Origin: a virus
Virus record (IMG/VR): IMGVR_UViG_3300027870_000001
Coordinates: 1 to 64,000 of that record
Reading direction: 5' to 3' (one strand)
Length of the DNA stretch: 64,000 nucleotides
Shown piece after piece: positions 49,755 to 59,463 of this stretch. Position 1 is the first letter of the stretch. Each line of letters opens with the position of its first letter. The notes below the pieces were generated by a model. The model saw only the letters and a list, made by a program, of their open reading frames with translations. It searched no databases and was not told the origin of the DNA. A program made the translations under genes and the position numbers.

Positions 49755-51881
49755 ATGACCACCGACCCCCAGCCCGTGCTCACCCCGTACGTGGGGCGCG
49801 CCACCTCCGACAGCCCGAGTGGCGTCCACGTGCTCTACCTGTCCCCGCAGGGGTGGGCGCTCCAGCACCCGAAGCCCGGCCCCGGCGGGGTGTGCTCCGA
49901 GTTCTGCCCCACCCAGCAGGCCCTGGAGGAGGTGCTCGACCGGACAGCCTGGTTCGCGTTGAGTGATGACGACTTCCGTCGTCTCGTCCAGCTCGCCCCC
50001 GAGGTCGACATCACGATGATGACCCGCCCCCCGTACTGGGTCGACCAGATCGGCCAACTCCTCGCCTACCACGGCGCGGTGGCCCCCGATGGCAGCCACA
50101 ACTGGTGGGACCGGTCCGCGCTCGTCACCGCGTTCCGCCGGCTGGTCGAGTCCTGGACCCAGCCCGGCGCAGCAGCCGGCACCTTCAACCCCGCGGACTT
50201 CGGGCCGGTCGACGCCGACCCGATGGTCCCCGTGCCCCGAGCGGGGATCGTCGCCTACGCCAAGGCGGCGCGCGAGCACGGCCTGTACGGCATGGCCGAC
50301 GACTTCGACAAGATCCTCGGCCACCCGGCCCGTGAAGAACCGGAGCACCCGGAGGTGGTCGGGCTCCGCTACGACGTGGCCGTGTCGCTCATGGGCGCGA
50401 TGCGCCGGTGCAACATGTGGGAGGAAGCCGACCGGCTCCGCAACCTCCTCCGCCTCGACGAGATCCCGGTCCTCCACGACGGCCAGCAGGTCGGTGTCGT
50501 CGAGGAGGTCACCCGCGAGCCCGACGTGATCATCCGCAACACCTCCGGGTTCCCGATGCCCGACAGCGACCAGGCACGGCTCGACTTCGCGGAGGGGTTC
50601 GCCCCCGCGATCGACGCGGTGCAGGAGGCCCTCAACTCGGCGTTTCCCGACGACGGCGCTGGCCCCTGGACCGGGCTCGCTGCGTCCAAGGTGGTGCGTG
50701 GCCTCAAGCTCCTCGGCTGGGCGGTCGTCGAACGGCAGGAGGTGCACGACCAGTGGACAGGCGTGCTCAAGATCGAGGGCGTCCCCGCCGGTGACCAGCG
50801 GCTCGCGCGCTCTGACCGGCCCGAGGTCAACGAGGTGCTCGACCGGCTCAGGATCATCCAGACCGCCGACTGGTGGCAGCACGTCCACGAGGACGGCGAG
50901 GCCCACTACTACCTCGACGCGATGCTCCGCGCGGCCGGTGCCCTGGCCCCTGACCCACGCCCGACGGAGCTCGACAGCGTGAACGATCTGCTCCACACGG
51001 CGTGGGGCATCATCGCCAACGCCCAGCACGCCCTGGGCAACGGCATGTCGCTCGACGAACTCGCCACCGCCGAACCCGAGCTGACGACTGCAACCGAGGA
51101 GGTGGAGTGGGCCAGGGCCGCGGTCCGGTTCCGTGACGCCTACCACCTCCACCTCGGCATCCCGACGGACTACGAGGTCGTGGAGGCGGTGCCCGTGCCG
51201 TGGGTCCCGAGCCCCGACGAAGCCGACCACACCCTGGCCCGTGCGATCCTCGGCCAGTCGAGCACCCTCGCCGGCTACGAACGGGACTGGGTGAAGGACC
51301 ACTACCGGCACGGCGTCTCCGACTTCGCCCCGACGTCGCTGCTCACCCGGTGCACCTTGGAGATGGTCCCCGCGGGTGCGGTGTGGGCATGGGCCGACGA
51401 GGTCGACGGGGCCGGGCTGATCCGCTGGCTCCAGGCTTACGAGGTCGGTCGGGTGGCGGATCTGCTCGGCACGATCGGTGGCCAGGCCGACGCGATCCGC
51501 ACGTTCGGCCGTCTCGGGTCGGATCCGGTGGAGGTGCAGCGCCGGCTCCAGCAGGAGGTGGCGTTCCTCGATCCCAACGTGTTCACCGGTCACGTGGTCC
51601 CGGAGCCCGCGCCGTGGGCAGCGGAGGTGTGGGAGAACATGGAGTCGGGCCCTGAGATCCCGCTTGACATGACCGCGGTCGACAAGGGCGACCCCGATCG
51701 TCCGACCGAGGTCACCTCCCGGCCGACGCCCGACGAGCGCGACCTCCGCAACCAGGCGCTGACCCTGGCCATCGGCTACGTCACCAACGCCAGCATGGGC
51801 GGCAACGCCCTGGAGGTGGCCGAGCAGTACCTGGCGTTCCTCCGCACCGGTCAGGCCCCGCCCCTGGCCACGTTGGGGTGA
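49755..51881 (+). CDS. Large mosaic hypothetical protein
   Basis: 708-aa ORF with SD GAGGA and typical codon usage. Confidence 0.65.
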   Translation: MTTDPQPVLTPYVGRATSDSPSGVHVLYLSPQGWALQHPKPGPGGVCSEFCPTQQALEEVLDRTAWFALSDDDFRRLVQLAPEVDITMMTRPPYWVDQIGQLLAYHGAVAPDGSHNWWDRSALVTAFRRLVESWTQPGAAAGTFNPADFGPVDADPMVPVPRAGIVAYAKAAREHGLYGMADDFDKILGHPAREEPEHPEVVGLRYDVAVSLMGAMRRCNMWEEADRLRNLLRLDEIPVLHDGQQVGVVEEVTREPDVIIRNTSGFPMPDSDQARLDFAEGFAPAIDAVQEALNSAFPDDGAGPWTGLAASKVVRGLKLLGWAVVERQEVHDQWTGVLKIEGVPAGDQRLARSDRPEVNEVLDRLRIIQTADWWQHVHEDGEAHYYLDAMLRAAGALAPDPRPTELDSVNDLLHTAWGIIANAQHALGNGMSLDELATAEPELTTATEEVEWARAAVRFRDAYHLHLGIPTDYEVVEAVPVPWVPSPDEADHTLARAILGQSSTLAGYERDWVKDHYRHGVSDFAPTSLLTRCTLEMVPAGAVWAWADEVDGAGLIRWLQAYEVGRVADLLGTIGGQADAIRTFGRLGSDPVEVQRRLQQEVAFLDPNVFTGHVVPEPAPWAAEVWENMESGPEIPLDMTAVDKGDPDRPTEVTSRPTPDERDLRNQALTLAIGYVTNASMGGNALEVAEQYLAFLRTGQAPPLATLG

Positions 51882-51931
51882 ACCAGGAAGGGGACCGGCT
51901 CCAGGGCCGGTCCCCTTCGCTGTCCCGGCCC

Positions 51932-51954
51932 ACTGTCGCCGTAGATGCTACGGT
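51932..51954 (+). promoter_or_regulatory. Dyad promoter element, leaderless GTG 51962
   Basis: ACTGTCGCCGTAGATGCTACGGT. Confidence 0.8.
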
Positions 51955-51961
51955 CGGCCCC

Positions 51962-52393
51962 GTGATCCTGTACCACGGCACCACGCTCGAAGCGTGGCTC
52001 CTGATCCACCGTGACGGCCTCGTCCCGCACCGTGCACCCGGCCGCGACATGACTGTGGTGTGGGCCTCGGATGACCCGAACGTCGCCCGGTTCTACGCCC
52101 GAGGCGGCGTGTGGACGTCGCCGTCGACCGCCGGGGTCGTGCTGGCCTTCCCTGCCCCCGAGGACGCTCAGATCGTACGTGACGCCGCTCACCCGCGACT
52201 GTGGACCTGCCCCACCCTGATCCCGGCCGAGTCGATCAGCGTGCACGAGACGATCCCCGCCGCCGAGTGCGGATCGGCGTTCGGTGACCTCGGCGCCCAG
52301 GTGAAGGCGTTGGCCAGCGCGTTCCACGCAGCGACCGCGCTCGTCGCAGCGACCAAGACCAAGATCCCATCCAACACTGGAGCCCCAACATGA
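51962..52393 (+). CDS. ADP-ribosyltransferase-fold (YHGT) protein
   Basis: ILYHGTT...I.RDGL.P, VWASDD...ARFYA, IPAESI. Confidence 0.55.
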   Translation: MILYHGTTLEAWLLIHRDGLVPHRAPGRDMTVVWASDDPNVARFYARGGVWTSPSTAGVVLAFPAPEDAQIVRDAAHPRLWTCPTLIPAESISVHETIPAAECGSAFGDLGAQVKALASAFHAATALVAATKTKIPSNTGAPT

Positions 52394-53810
52394 CCGACCT
52401 GCCCCGCGCCCCCGGCTACAACGACCTCACCGACGCGGAGAAGCTCCTCGCCCAAGCGATCGCCGTCGAGGTGGTCAACGCCAAGGACGCCCTCGGCATC
52501 CTTGGGTCGGAGCCGATCATCTACGACGCTTCGATCCCGACGTTCGTCAAGGCGTGGGCGCTCGCCATCGAAGCCGGCGGCAACGACACCGCCGACCTGG
52601 CCGAGGACATCAAGCCCGCCCCCCGTCAGGTGTCGCGGGCGGACGTGTGGCATTGGCTGGGCCGGCACGGCATCGACGGCGGCACCGACCGACCGATGGG
52701 CGGGGCGATCCGCCTCCACGCCGATCTGGTCGAGCTCCCCCCGGCCGACGCCCAGAACCCGGGCGCCCGGCCCGGCCGCACCGACCTCCACGACGCATCC
52801 GCGGTGGCATCGGTCGAGCTGCTCCCCATGATCAACGGCCGCTACGTCCAGACCACCTCCGCCGGGGAGATCACCCCGGTCGCGCTCATCCCGTACGACC
52901 TCGTGCCCGGCGAAGGCGCCGATGCCTGACGACCGGGTCAACGCCTTGGCGGCGGAGATGCGCGCCGCTGGCGGCGAAGGCATGGAGGTCATCGAGCGGC
53001 GGGTGATGGGCGGGCAACGGCTCCGCCTGTGGATGCCCTCGGCCGCGGCGTCCGCGAAGCTGCGGGCGCTCGCGTCGTCGTTCGGGTGGCCGTCGAACGT
53101 GGTGCCCCACTACGCCCACCCGGGCGCGCGAGGGTCGACAGGGGTCCAGGTCGTGATCGACATGAAGGTCGGGCAGGGACAGGTTGAGGGCGGTCACCGT
53201 GAGGTGGGCGCCGGCCGTCGTAGCGTCGGCCCCGGAGGTGCACGATGACCAACGAGATCACGATCCAGGTCGGCCCCGAGGGCATGAACCCCAACGACCC
53301 GCGCTGGCAGGACGCGCTCCTGACGATGACCGGCCGGGTCCAGAACTTCCCGTTCTGGGACTACAAGCCCGAGCTGATCCGCGGTGGCCGTCGCCTCGAC
53401 CGGTTCGTCGACCCCCACCTGGAGGCGCTCCGCGAGTGGCGGCGGATGCTGTGGCACAACGTGGCCGGTCACCTGATCGGCTACTGCGTGGTGTTCCCGT
53501 TCTCCCGGCGGCTTGGCCACTGGATCCACGACAGGACCGAACCCTGATGGGCATCCTCGACCCGGGCGAACTGCTCGCCGCCGCGACCATCGACGACGCA
53601 GCAGAGCTCGTCAACCGGCTCCTCACCGAACCCGACCCGGAGATCCTCGCGGATCTCCTCGAACACGTCGTCGACCAGTCCGACCGGGCTCACGCGGTGC
53701 TCGCCCTGTTGGTGCTCACCGCCCGCGGTGCCCCGGTGTCGGAGACGGGTGTCGAGCTGGTCAACCAGGCCGGCCAGGTCGTCGGCCAACTGATCCTCCC
53801 GCCATCATGA
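52390..53810 (+). other. Hypothetical genes (52390-52929, 52922-53248, 53245-53547, 53547-53810)
   Basis: Coupled ORFs. Confidence 0.55.
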
Positions 53811-54038
53811 TCATCATCGTCCTGGTGGTGGCCGGTGTGGTCGCAGCCCGGGTCCTCGGCCAGTGGCTGGTCGGGTGAGCGACCTCGGGAAGCCGAAGGC
53901 CCGGTACCGGCGTCCGTGCCCGACGTGCGCCTCGACGGTCAGGACCAAGACCCGCGACGGCGAAGACATCGTGGTGTCCTGCACGGGGGGCGGCTACGTG
54001 ATGGGCCGGATCACTCTGACCCGGGATCTGCCCGGCCC

Positions 54039-54680
54039 GTGCTGAACCGCGACCCGGCGAAGAACCGGGCATGGCAGGACCGCAGCCGTGCTCGGGCCCG
54101 CGAGAAACGCAACGCTCGACCTGGGGTCGAGGGTCAACCTCACGTCGACATCGAACCACCGCCGACCCCGAAGCTGACCCGTCCGGTGCCGCCCCCTCCA
54201 CCACGGCCGACCGATGTCGAGCCGGTGGCCAAGCTGTTCACCGACGCCGACACCCAACCCCGCGACGTGGTCCGCGCCGAACGGATCTCCATCGACCGGG
54301 TGTGCCAGGCCCGCGGGTTCACGACGGTGCCGTGCGACCGTGGCCAGGAGGTCGACGAGATGCAAGGCCGAGGCCGGCGACCGGGGTCGGAGCTGGTCCT
54401 CGCTGAGACGCAGCTCCTGTGCCACACCTGCCACGCGCTCAAGACCCGTCACCCGCGGATGGCCGGGCTGCTCGGCCTGTACGGGCCGGTCGAGCAGGAA
54501 CGGCGGATCACGGTCGAGGGCCGCGACAAGGTGGAGGAGGCGCTCGTCGAGTGGGTGCGCCGGAAGTCGACGGCGAGGGGGATCGACGCGGGGTCCCCGG
54601 TGTGGTCGGGGGTGGTCGGGTTGGCGGTGCGACGGGACGCGACCGGGGTGTTGGCGTTGATCGCTCCGCAGGTTGCGTGA
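54039..54680 (+). CDS. HNH-like Zn-binding protein (degenerate)
   Basis: CQARG....C..GQEVDE...QLLCHTCHALKT. Confidence 0.55.
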   Translation: MLNRDPAKNRAWQDRSRARAREKRNARPGVEGQPHVDIEPPPTPKLTRPVPPPPPRPTDVEPVAKLFTDADTQPRDVVRAERISIDRVCQARGFTTVPCDRGQEVDEMQGRGRRPGSELVLAETQLLCHTCHALKTRHPRMAGLLGLYGPVEQERRITVEGRDKVEEALVEWVRRKSTARGIDAGSPVWSGVVGLAVRRDATGVLALIAPQVA

Positions 54681-54701
54681 CTGTCGCCCGTTGGCTACAG
54701 T
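54680..54701 (+). promoter_or_regulatory. Dyad promoter element, -35 TTGCGT, driving a small RNA
   Basis: ACTGTCGCCCGTTGGCTACAGT. Confidence 0.85.
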
Positions 54702-54706
54702 CATTG

Positions 54707-54821
54707 GTGCCCCCCCACTTCCGCCGGTGGGGTGCGGGCGACGGCATCGGATCCACCTCACCCGCCGAGGTGGACGATGTCACTGAGGGTGCCCCCGGTT
54801 GATACGGCCGGGGGCACCCTC
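54707..54821 (+). ncRNA. Putative three-hairpin small RNA (~115 nt)
   Basis: Two hairpins with CCGCC loops, then a 14-bp terminator-like stem GAGGGTGCCCCCGG/CCGGGGGCACCCTC; fills the gap between two promoters. Confidence 0.6.
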
Positions 54822-54840
54822 GCGAACCGGCACTTGTGCA

Positions 54841-54863
54841 ACTGTCTCACGCCGTGCTACAGT
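54841..54863 (+). promoter_or_regulatory. Dyad promoter element, -35 TTGTGC, leaderless ATG 54871
   Basis: ACTGTCTCACGCCGTGCTACAGT. Confidence 0.9.
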
Positions 54864-54870
54864 GACGGAC

Positions 54871-56267
54871 ATGGACGCAACCACCTTCACCTCCGAAGCC
54901 GCCTACCGGGAAGCCGTCGCAGACGAAGCCCCCAGCCCGATCCTCTGGGACGCCACCCCCGGCGTCTGCTGCGCCGCCTACCAGCTCGGCGCCTGCCCCC
55001 ACACCGAGGAACTGACCGACGACGACATCGCCCAGATGGAGGCCGAGTGGCGGCGGGACTTCCCCGAGGAGGCCGCAGCCGCCGACGCCTGGTTCGCCGC
55101 CCAGCCCGCCCCCCGCTACGACATCGAGGAGCCGTTCTGATGGATGACATCACGATCCTCGACGCCGCCTGGGCCGAGGCGGAGCGCGACCTCGACGCCC
55201 TCAAGGCCGGTCGCACCGCAGCCCTCAAGGACTTCATGGCCCGCCGCCCGGTGAGCTTCACCCAGCTCGGCACCGATGCTGCGTCGTGCGCCTGGCGGCT
55301 CGGCTACTGGGAGCGCCTGGCCAAGCTGGTCGCCCGCAGCCTGGAGCCGAAGGCCACGACCCACGTTCTCCCCGAGGGGTTCGGTCTGCCGTACGCCCAA
55401 GCGGGGGTCCACGACGGCATGGCCAACGTGACCTGCCCGGTGTGCGGCGAGGTGTTCGTCGGCCACGACCACAAGGAAGCCGGTGCCGCCTACGGCGAGC
55501 ACTTCACCAAGGAAGCGAGCGAAGGACGATGACCGACCTCGTCACCTCCGCCCAGACCAAGGCGCTCCTCGACCGCCTCGTGGCCAAGGGCTACGAGATC
55601 CAGGCTCACGGCATCGTCCGCGGCGCCCGAGAGGTCAGCTTCGGCAGCCGCTCCGACTTCGGGTGCATCAAGGTGTCCCCCAAGTACGGGCGGATCCTCC
55701 GCTGCTACCTCGTCCTCGGTGGCGCCCCTGAGGTGAAGATCAGCGGCGTCGCGAACGTCCGCCGAGCACTCGACGCCCTCCCGACGGTCGACGTCCTGGA
55801 GCGCACGTGAGCACCCCGTGCTCGGTCGTGGCCTCCACGTCGTGCATCGCCCCGGCGAACTCGACGATGTCCACGAGGGGCCGGTGCTTCGCCTGCGGTG
55901 AGCCGGTGTGCCTCGACCCGTGGTGCTCCCGGATCCGAACCTGGGGGCGATGCGGGCGACGTCGGGTCTGCCGCAACTGCGACGGGCACAACGGCCTTCA
56001 CGCCGACCCCGTCGCGCTCGACGCCTACGACCGCCGGCTCCTCCTCGCTGACCGGAGCCGACGATGAACGGCCCGCCTCCGGTCATGGAATGGACCCGAG
56101 CCAAGTCGCCGTGGTCGCCGGTCCCGGTCGCTGCGCCCCTCTGGTCCCGGTTCACCGGCGAGGAGCACCAGGCCCTCGCTGAGGGCGGTACCGTCCGTCG
56201 TGGTGGCACCTCGTGGCGGATCCCCGCCGCCGATCTGCCCTCCCGTCTTCAACTGGCCCTGTTCTGA
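54871..56267 (+). other. Hypothetical genes (54871-55140, 55140-55532, 55529-55810, 55807-56067, 56064-56267)
   Basis: Coupled ORFs, several Cys-rich. Confidence 0.55.
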
Positions 56268-56920
56268 TGCCGCTCCCCCTGTACCTCGCCACCCCATCGA
56301 GCGCCCCGGCCCGTGACCTCATGTCGGCCGGTGGCCTCGGCCAGATGGTCACCCCCTACGCCGGGAACGCCCGAGTCCCTGGCGCTCTGTGGGCGCTCGA
56401 CAACGGGTGCTTCTCCACCGCCGGCTGGACCCCGGACCGGTGGCTCGCCACCCTCGACAAGCTGTCCGAGGGCCCGATCCAGACCGAGGCCGACGCCCTG
56501 GCCAACGGATGGTGGCAGCCGTGCCTGTTCGCCGTCGTGCCCGACGTCGTCGGTGACGCTGCCGCCACCGACTCGATGTGGGTGCGCTGGTTCCGGGCCG
56601 TGATCCGCAACGGGTTCCGACCCGCCTACGTCGCCCAGGACGGGGCCGGGCCCGGCTGCCTGCCCCCGGCGGCGACCGCCCTGTTCATCGGCGGATCGAC
56701 GGAGTGGAAGCTCGGCGTCGAGGCCCGACGGATCGTGGCCGAAGCCCACCGCCGTGGCATGTGGGTCCATATGGGCCGGGTCAACAGCGAGCGCCGGCTC
56801 CGGTACGCCTCCGACATCGGCTGCCACTCGGTCGACGGCACGTTCCTTGCGTTCGGCCCGGACATCAACTTGCCCCGCCTCCAGTCCTGGCTGAACCCCG
56901 CGCAGCCCAGCCTGTGGTGA
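56267..56920 (+). CDS. DpdA/TGT-like transglycosylase-fold protein
   Basis: WALDNGCFS, VVPDVVGD..AT, VAQDG, LFIGGSTEWK, VHMGRVN, SVDGT. Confidence 0.55.
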   Translation: MPLPLYLATPSSAPARDLMSAGGLGQMVTPYAGNARVPGALWALDNGCFSTAGWTPDRWLATLDKLSEGPIQTEADALANGWWQPCLFAVVPDVVGDAAATDSMWVRWFRAVIRNGFRPAYVAQDGAGPGCLPPAATALFIGGSTEWKLGVEARRIVAEAHRRGMWVHMGRVNSERRLRYASDIGCHSVDGTFLAFGPDINLPRLQSWLNPAQPSLW

Positions 56921-58830
56921 CGGCCTCCCGTCGCCGGGTCGGCCTGTCGAACCCGTCGTGGTGGATCCTCCAGTTCCCGTTCGACCGGGAACTGATCGCA
57001 GAGGTCCGGTCCATGGGCGCCGTCGCCGTCCCCCGCTCCGACAAGTGGACGCTCCCAGCGAACCCTGGCTACGCGGCCCAGCTTGTCGGGCTCGGGTTCA
57101 CCGGGCACGGCCACCCGACGGGCGCGACTCTCGACGAGGTTGCCGCCACAGCGGCCCGGCTGATCGCCCTGTCCTCCGCGTTGGAACCGCCGCCCGAGTT
57201 CGAGGTCCCCGGTCTGACCCGCACCCTCGCCCCCCATCAGGCGGCGGCGGTCGCGTACGTCCAAGAGCAACGCCGGGTGATCGTCGCTGACCCGATGGGC
57301 GCGGGCAAGACGTTCGAGGGATGGGCAGCGGTCCACGCCTGCGACGCCTACCCGGCGCTGTGGGTGTCCCCGGCGAAGCTCCGCACGAACGCCGCGGTCG
57401 AGGCCCTCGACGCGCTCCCCACCGGCACGAGAGTCGCGGTCGTGCTGCCCCGCTCCACCGAACCAGCGAAGGTCGAACGGGCTCGTGCCCGCGGCATCCT
57501 CCCGATGCTCGGCCGACCCCGGCCCGGCGCCGCCGACGTGTACGTCACCGGGTACCCGCTGTTCCACACCGAGCTGGCCTGGTGGAAGGGCGTCGGGCTC
57601 AAGGGCCTGATCCTCGACGAGTCGCAGCTCTGCAAGTCCAGGGACCGGATCAAGGGCTGCCCGATCTGCCGGGCCCCGATGCGACGAGGCGGGGTGTGCT
57701 CCGGGCCCGGCCGGCACCCGGTCCTCCCCGACCGGCGGATCGACCTGTACGCGGTGCTGTGGACCCGCGCCGCCGACGAGCTCATCGACTCGATGGGCCC
57801 GGACCCGATGATCCTGGAGCTGTCCGGGACCCCGAACAAGAACACGAACGCCGACTGGCCAACCCAGCTCGACCTCATCCGCCGGCTGCACCAGTTCGGC
57901 GGTGAGCGCAACGTGCTGTTCCGGTACTGCGACCCGATGCGCGTCGCCGGCCGATGGCAGTTCCGGGGCGGCTCGAACTACGCCGAGTTCGACCGGCTCA
58001 AGCGGGCGACGGGGTACGTGCACCGCACGAGGGAAGCGATCCACCCGAACCTGCCGCCCCTCGTCAGGTCGCCGCTGCTCCTCGACCTCGATGACGACCT
58101 CCTCGTCGACTACCGGGCAGCCGAACGGGACCTGATCCGGTTCGCCGGCCAACGCGCAGCGAAGCTCGCCGCCGCAGCCGGGGAAGACCCCGGGTCCGCC
58201 TCGTGGGAGGCAAGGTTGCGGGCCGAGGCCGGGTTCCATCTCGTGCGCCTCGGCACCCTCGCCCGCCTCGCCGCCCTGGCGAAGGTCCCAGCCGCGGTCG
58301 AGTGGGTGACCGACTTCCAGGCAGCGAACCCGGAGGCGAAGCTGATCGTGTTCGCCCACCACCGCGACGTCTGCGCCCAGCTCGCCGCAGCGTTCGACTG
58401 TCCGAGGATCGACGGCTCCACGACGGCCGACCCACAGGACATCAAGGACCGGTTCCAGTCGGACCCGTCGATGCTGGTCCTGGTCGTGGGGATCACCGCC
58501 GGTGGCGTCGGCCTCACCTTGACCGCGGCGCACGACGAGTTGTTCGTCGAGCAGGTCCACACGGCCGGCGATCACGACCAGGCCGAGTCGAGGGCCTACG
58601 CCCGGATGAACGATCCGCATGGGGTGACGGCGACGTACCTGTTGGCGGCGGACACGATGGACGAAGACCAGTGGCTGTCGCTCGCAGCGAAGCGGGTGAC
58701 GACCGAGGCGGGCCGCTCGGGCGACCCGGAGGCGATCAGGAAGGCCGAGGAGTTGAAGCGTCTGGGGCCGGCGGCGGTGGCGGGGGATCTCCTCGTGCAG
58801 CTCGCACGGCGGTCGGGGGTCGTGGGCTGA
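56917..58830 (+). CDS. SNF2-family helicase (HARP/SMARCAL1-like)
   Basis: VADPMGAGKT, LILDESQ, LSGTP, KLIVFAHH, GVGLTLTAA, QAESRAYAR. Confidence 0.85.
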   Translation: MTASRRRVGLSNPSWWILQFPFDRELIAEVRSMGAVAVPRSDKWTLPANPGYAAQLVGLGFTGHGHPTGATLDEVAATAARLIALSSALEPPPEFEVPGLTRTLAPHQAAAVAYVQEQRRVIVADPMGAGKTFEGWAAVHACDAYPALWVSPAKLRTNAAVEALDALPTGTRVAVVLPRSTEPAKVERARARGILPMLGRPRPGAADVYVTGYPLFHTELAWWKGVGLKGLILDESQLCKSRDRIKGCPICRAPMRRGGVCSGPGRHPVLPDRRIDLYAVLWTRAADELIDSMGPDPMILELSGTPNKNTNADWPTQLDLIRRLHQFGGERNVLFRYCDPMRVAGRWQFRGGSNYAEFDRLKRATGYVHRTREAIHPNLPPLVRSPLLLDLDDDLLVDYRAAERDLIRFAGQRAAKLAAAAGEDPGSASWEARLRAEAGFHLVRLGTLARLAALAKVPAAVEWVTDFQAANPEAKLIVFAHHRDVCAQLAAAFDCPRIDGSTTADPQDIKDRFQSDPSMLVLVVGITAGGVGLTLTAAHDELFVEQVHTAGDHDQAESRAYARMNDPHGVTATYLLAADTMDEDQWLSLAAKRVTTEAGRSGDPEAIRKAEELKRLGPAAVAGDLLVQLARRSGVVG

Positions 58831-58957
58831 GGTCCACGGATCGCCCCCCGGATCGTTCTGTGACGCTCTGGTGGCCGGGTCGGGGTCATCTCTGCCACCG
58901 CGAGGGGTGAGGGGCCAGGGGGACGCCGCGACGATCTCCCCGATTGGGGGTTGTGCG

Positions 58958-58980
58958 ACTGTCTCACGTCGTGCTACAGT
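58958..58980 (+). promoter_or_regulatory. Dyad promoter element, -35 TTGTGC, driving a large RNA
   Basis: ACTGTCTCACGTCGTGCTACAGT, with no start codon at +1. Confidence 0.9.
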
Positions 58981-58987
58981 CAGTTGT

Positions 58988-59463
58988 GAGGGCAAGCAAG
59001 CCACACCGCCCTCCAGCGCACCTTGAGAATCGAGAACCGGGCGAGGGTGAGACGCCCTCCCTGGGAGCCACGAGCTCCTCACCCGGGCGATGCGTCGCCT
59101 GGGGTAACCCAGCCAGGGATAGGCCAGGATGGAACAACAACACCGGCTCTCGATTCACAACTGCACAGATCGAGGACCCGGCCAACTGGCCGGCCCGTGG
59201 AGGCACCATCCACGTGACCCTGCGACCCTGCCCCTGACGGCTAACGACCACCAGCCACCTGCGAACGGTGGAGGAACCCTGAACGAAGGGCAGGCGAGGG
59301 CACACGGTACGGGTGAGTGAACACGGAGCACGGCCACGAGCCGAACCGAGGTAACCGGGGAGAGACGTCCGAACCGGGGAAGTAGGGGAAGCCACGAGCC
59401 AGCCGGCCAGTTCGCCGGGTCCTCGATCTACGACCTGCCACCGCTCCCGGGCGGTGGCAGCTT
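58988..59463 (+). ncRNA. Putative large (~470 nt) two-domain structured RNA
   Basis: Long stems 59023-59040/59143-59160 and 59167-59194/59402-59429; many inner hairpins; terminator at 59435-59460; no credible ORF. Confidence 0.75.

Noticed and set aside
58944-59395. Short ORFs across the large RNA region
   Set aside because: No SD or leaderless start at the expected +1, atypical codon usage, and they overlap promoter and stems
58988-59463. RNase P RNA, tmRNA, group I intron or hammerhead
   Set aside because: Diagnostic motifs were not found in the right order (no GAGGAAAGUCC/ACAGAA pair, no tRNA-like ends or T-loop, no CUGANGA-GAAA core)
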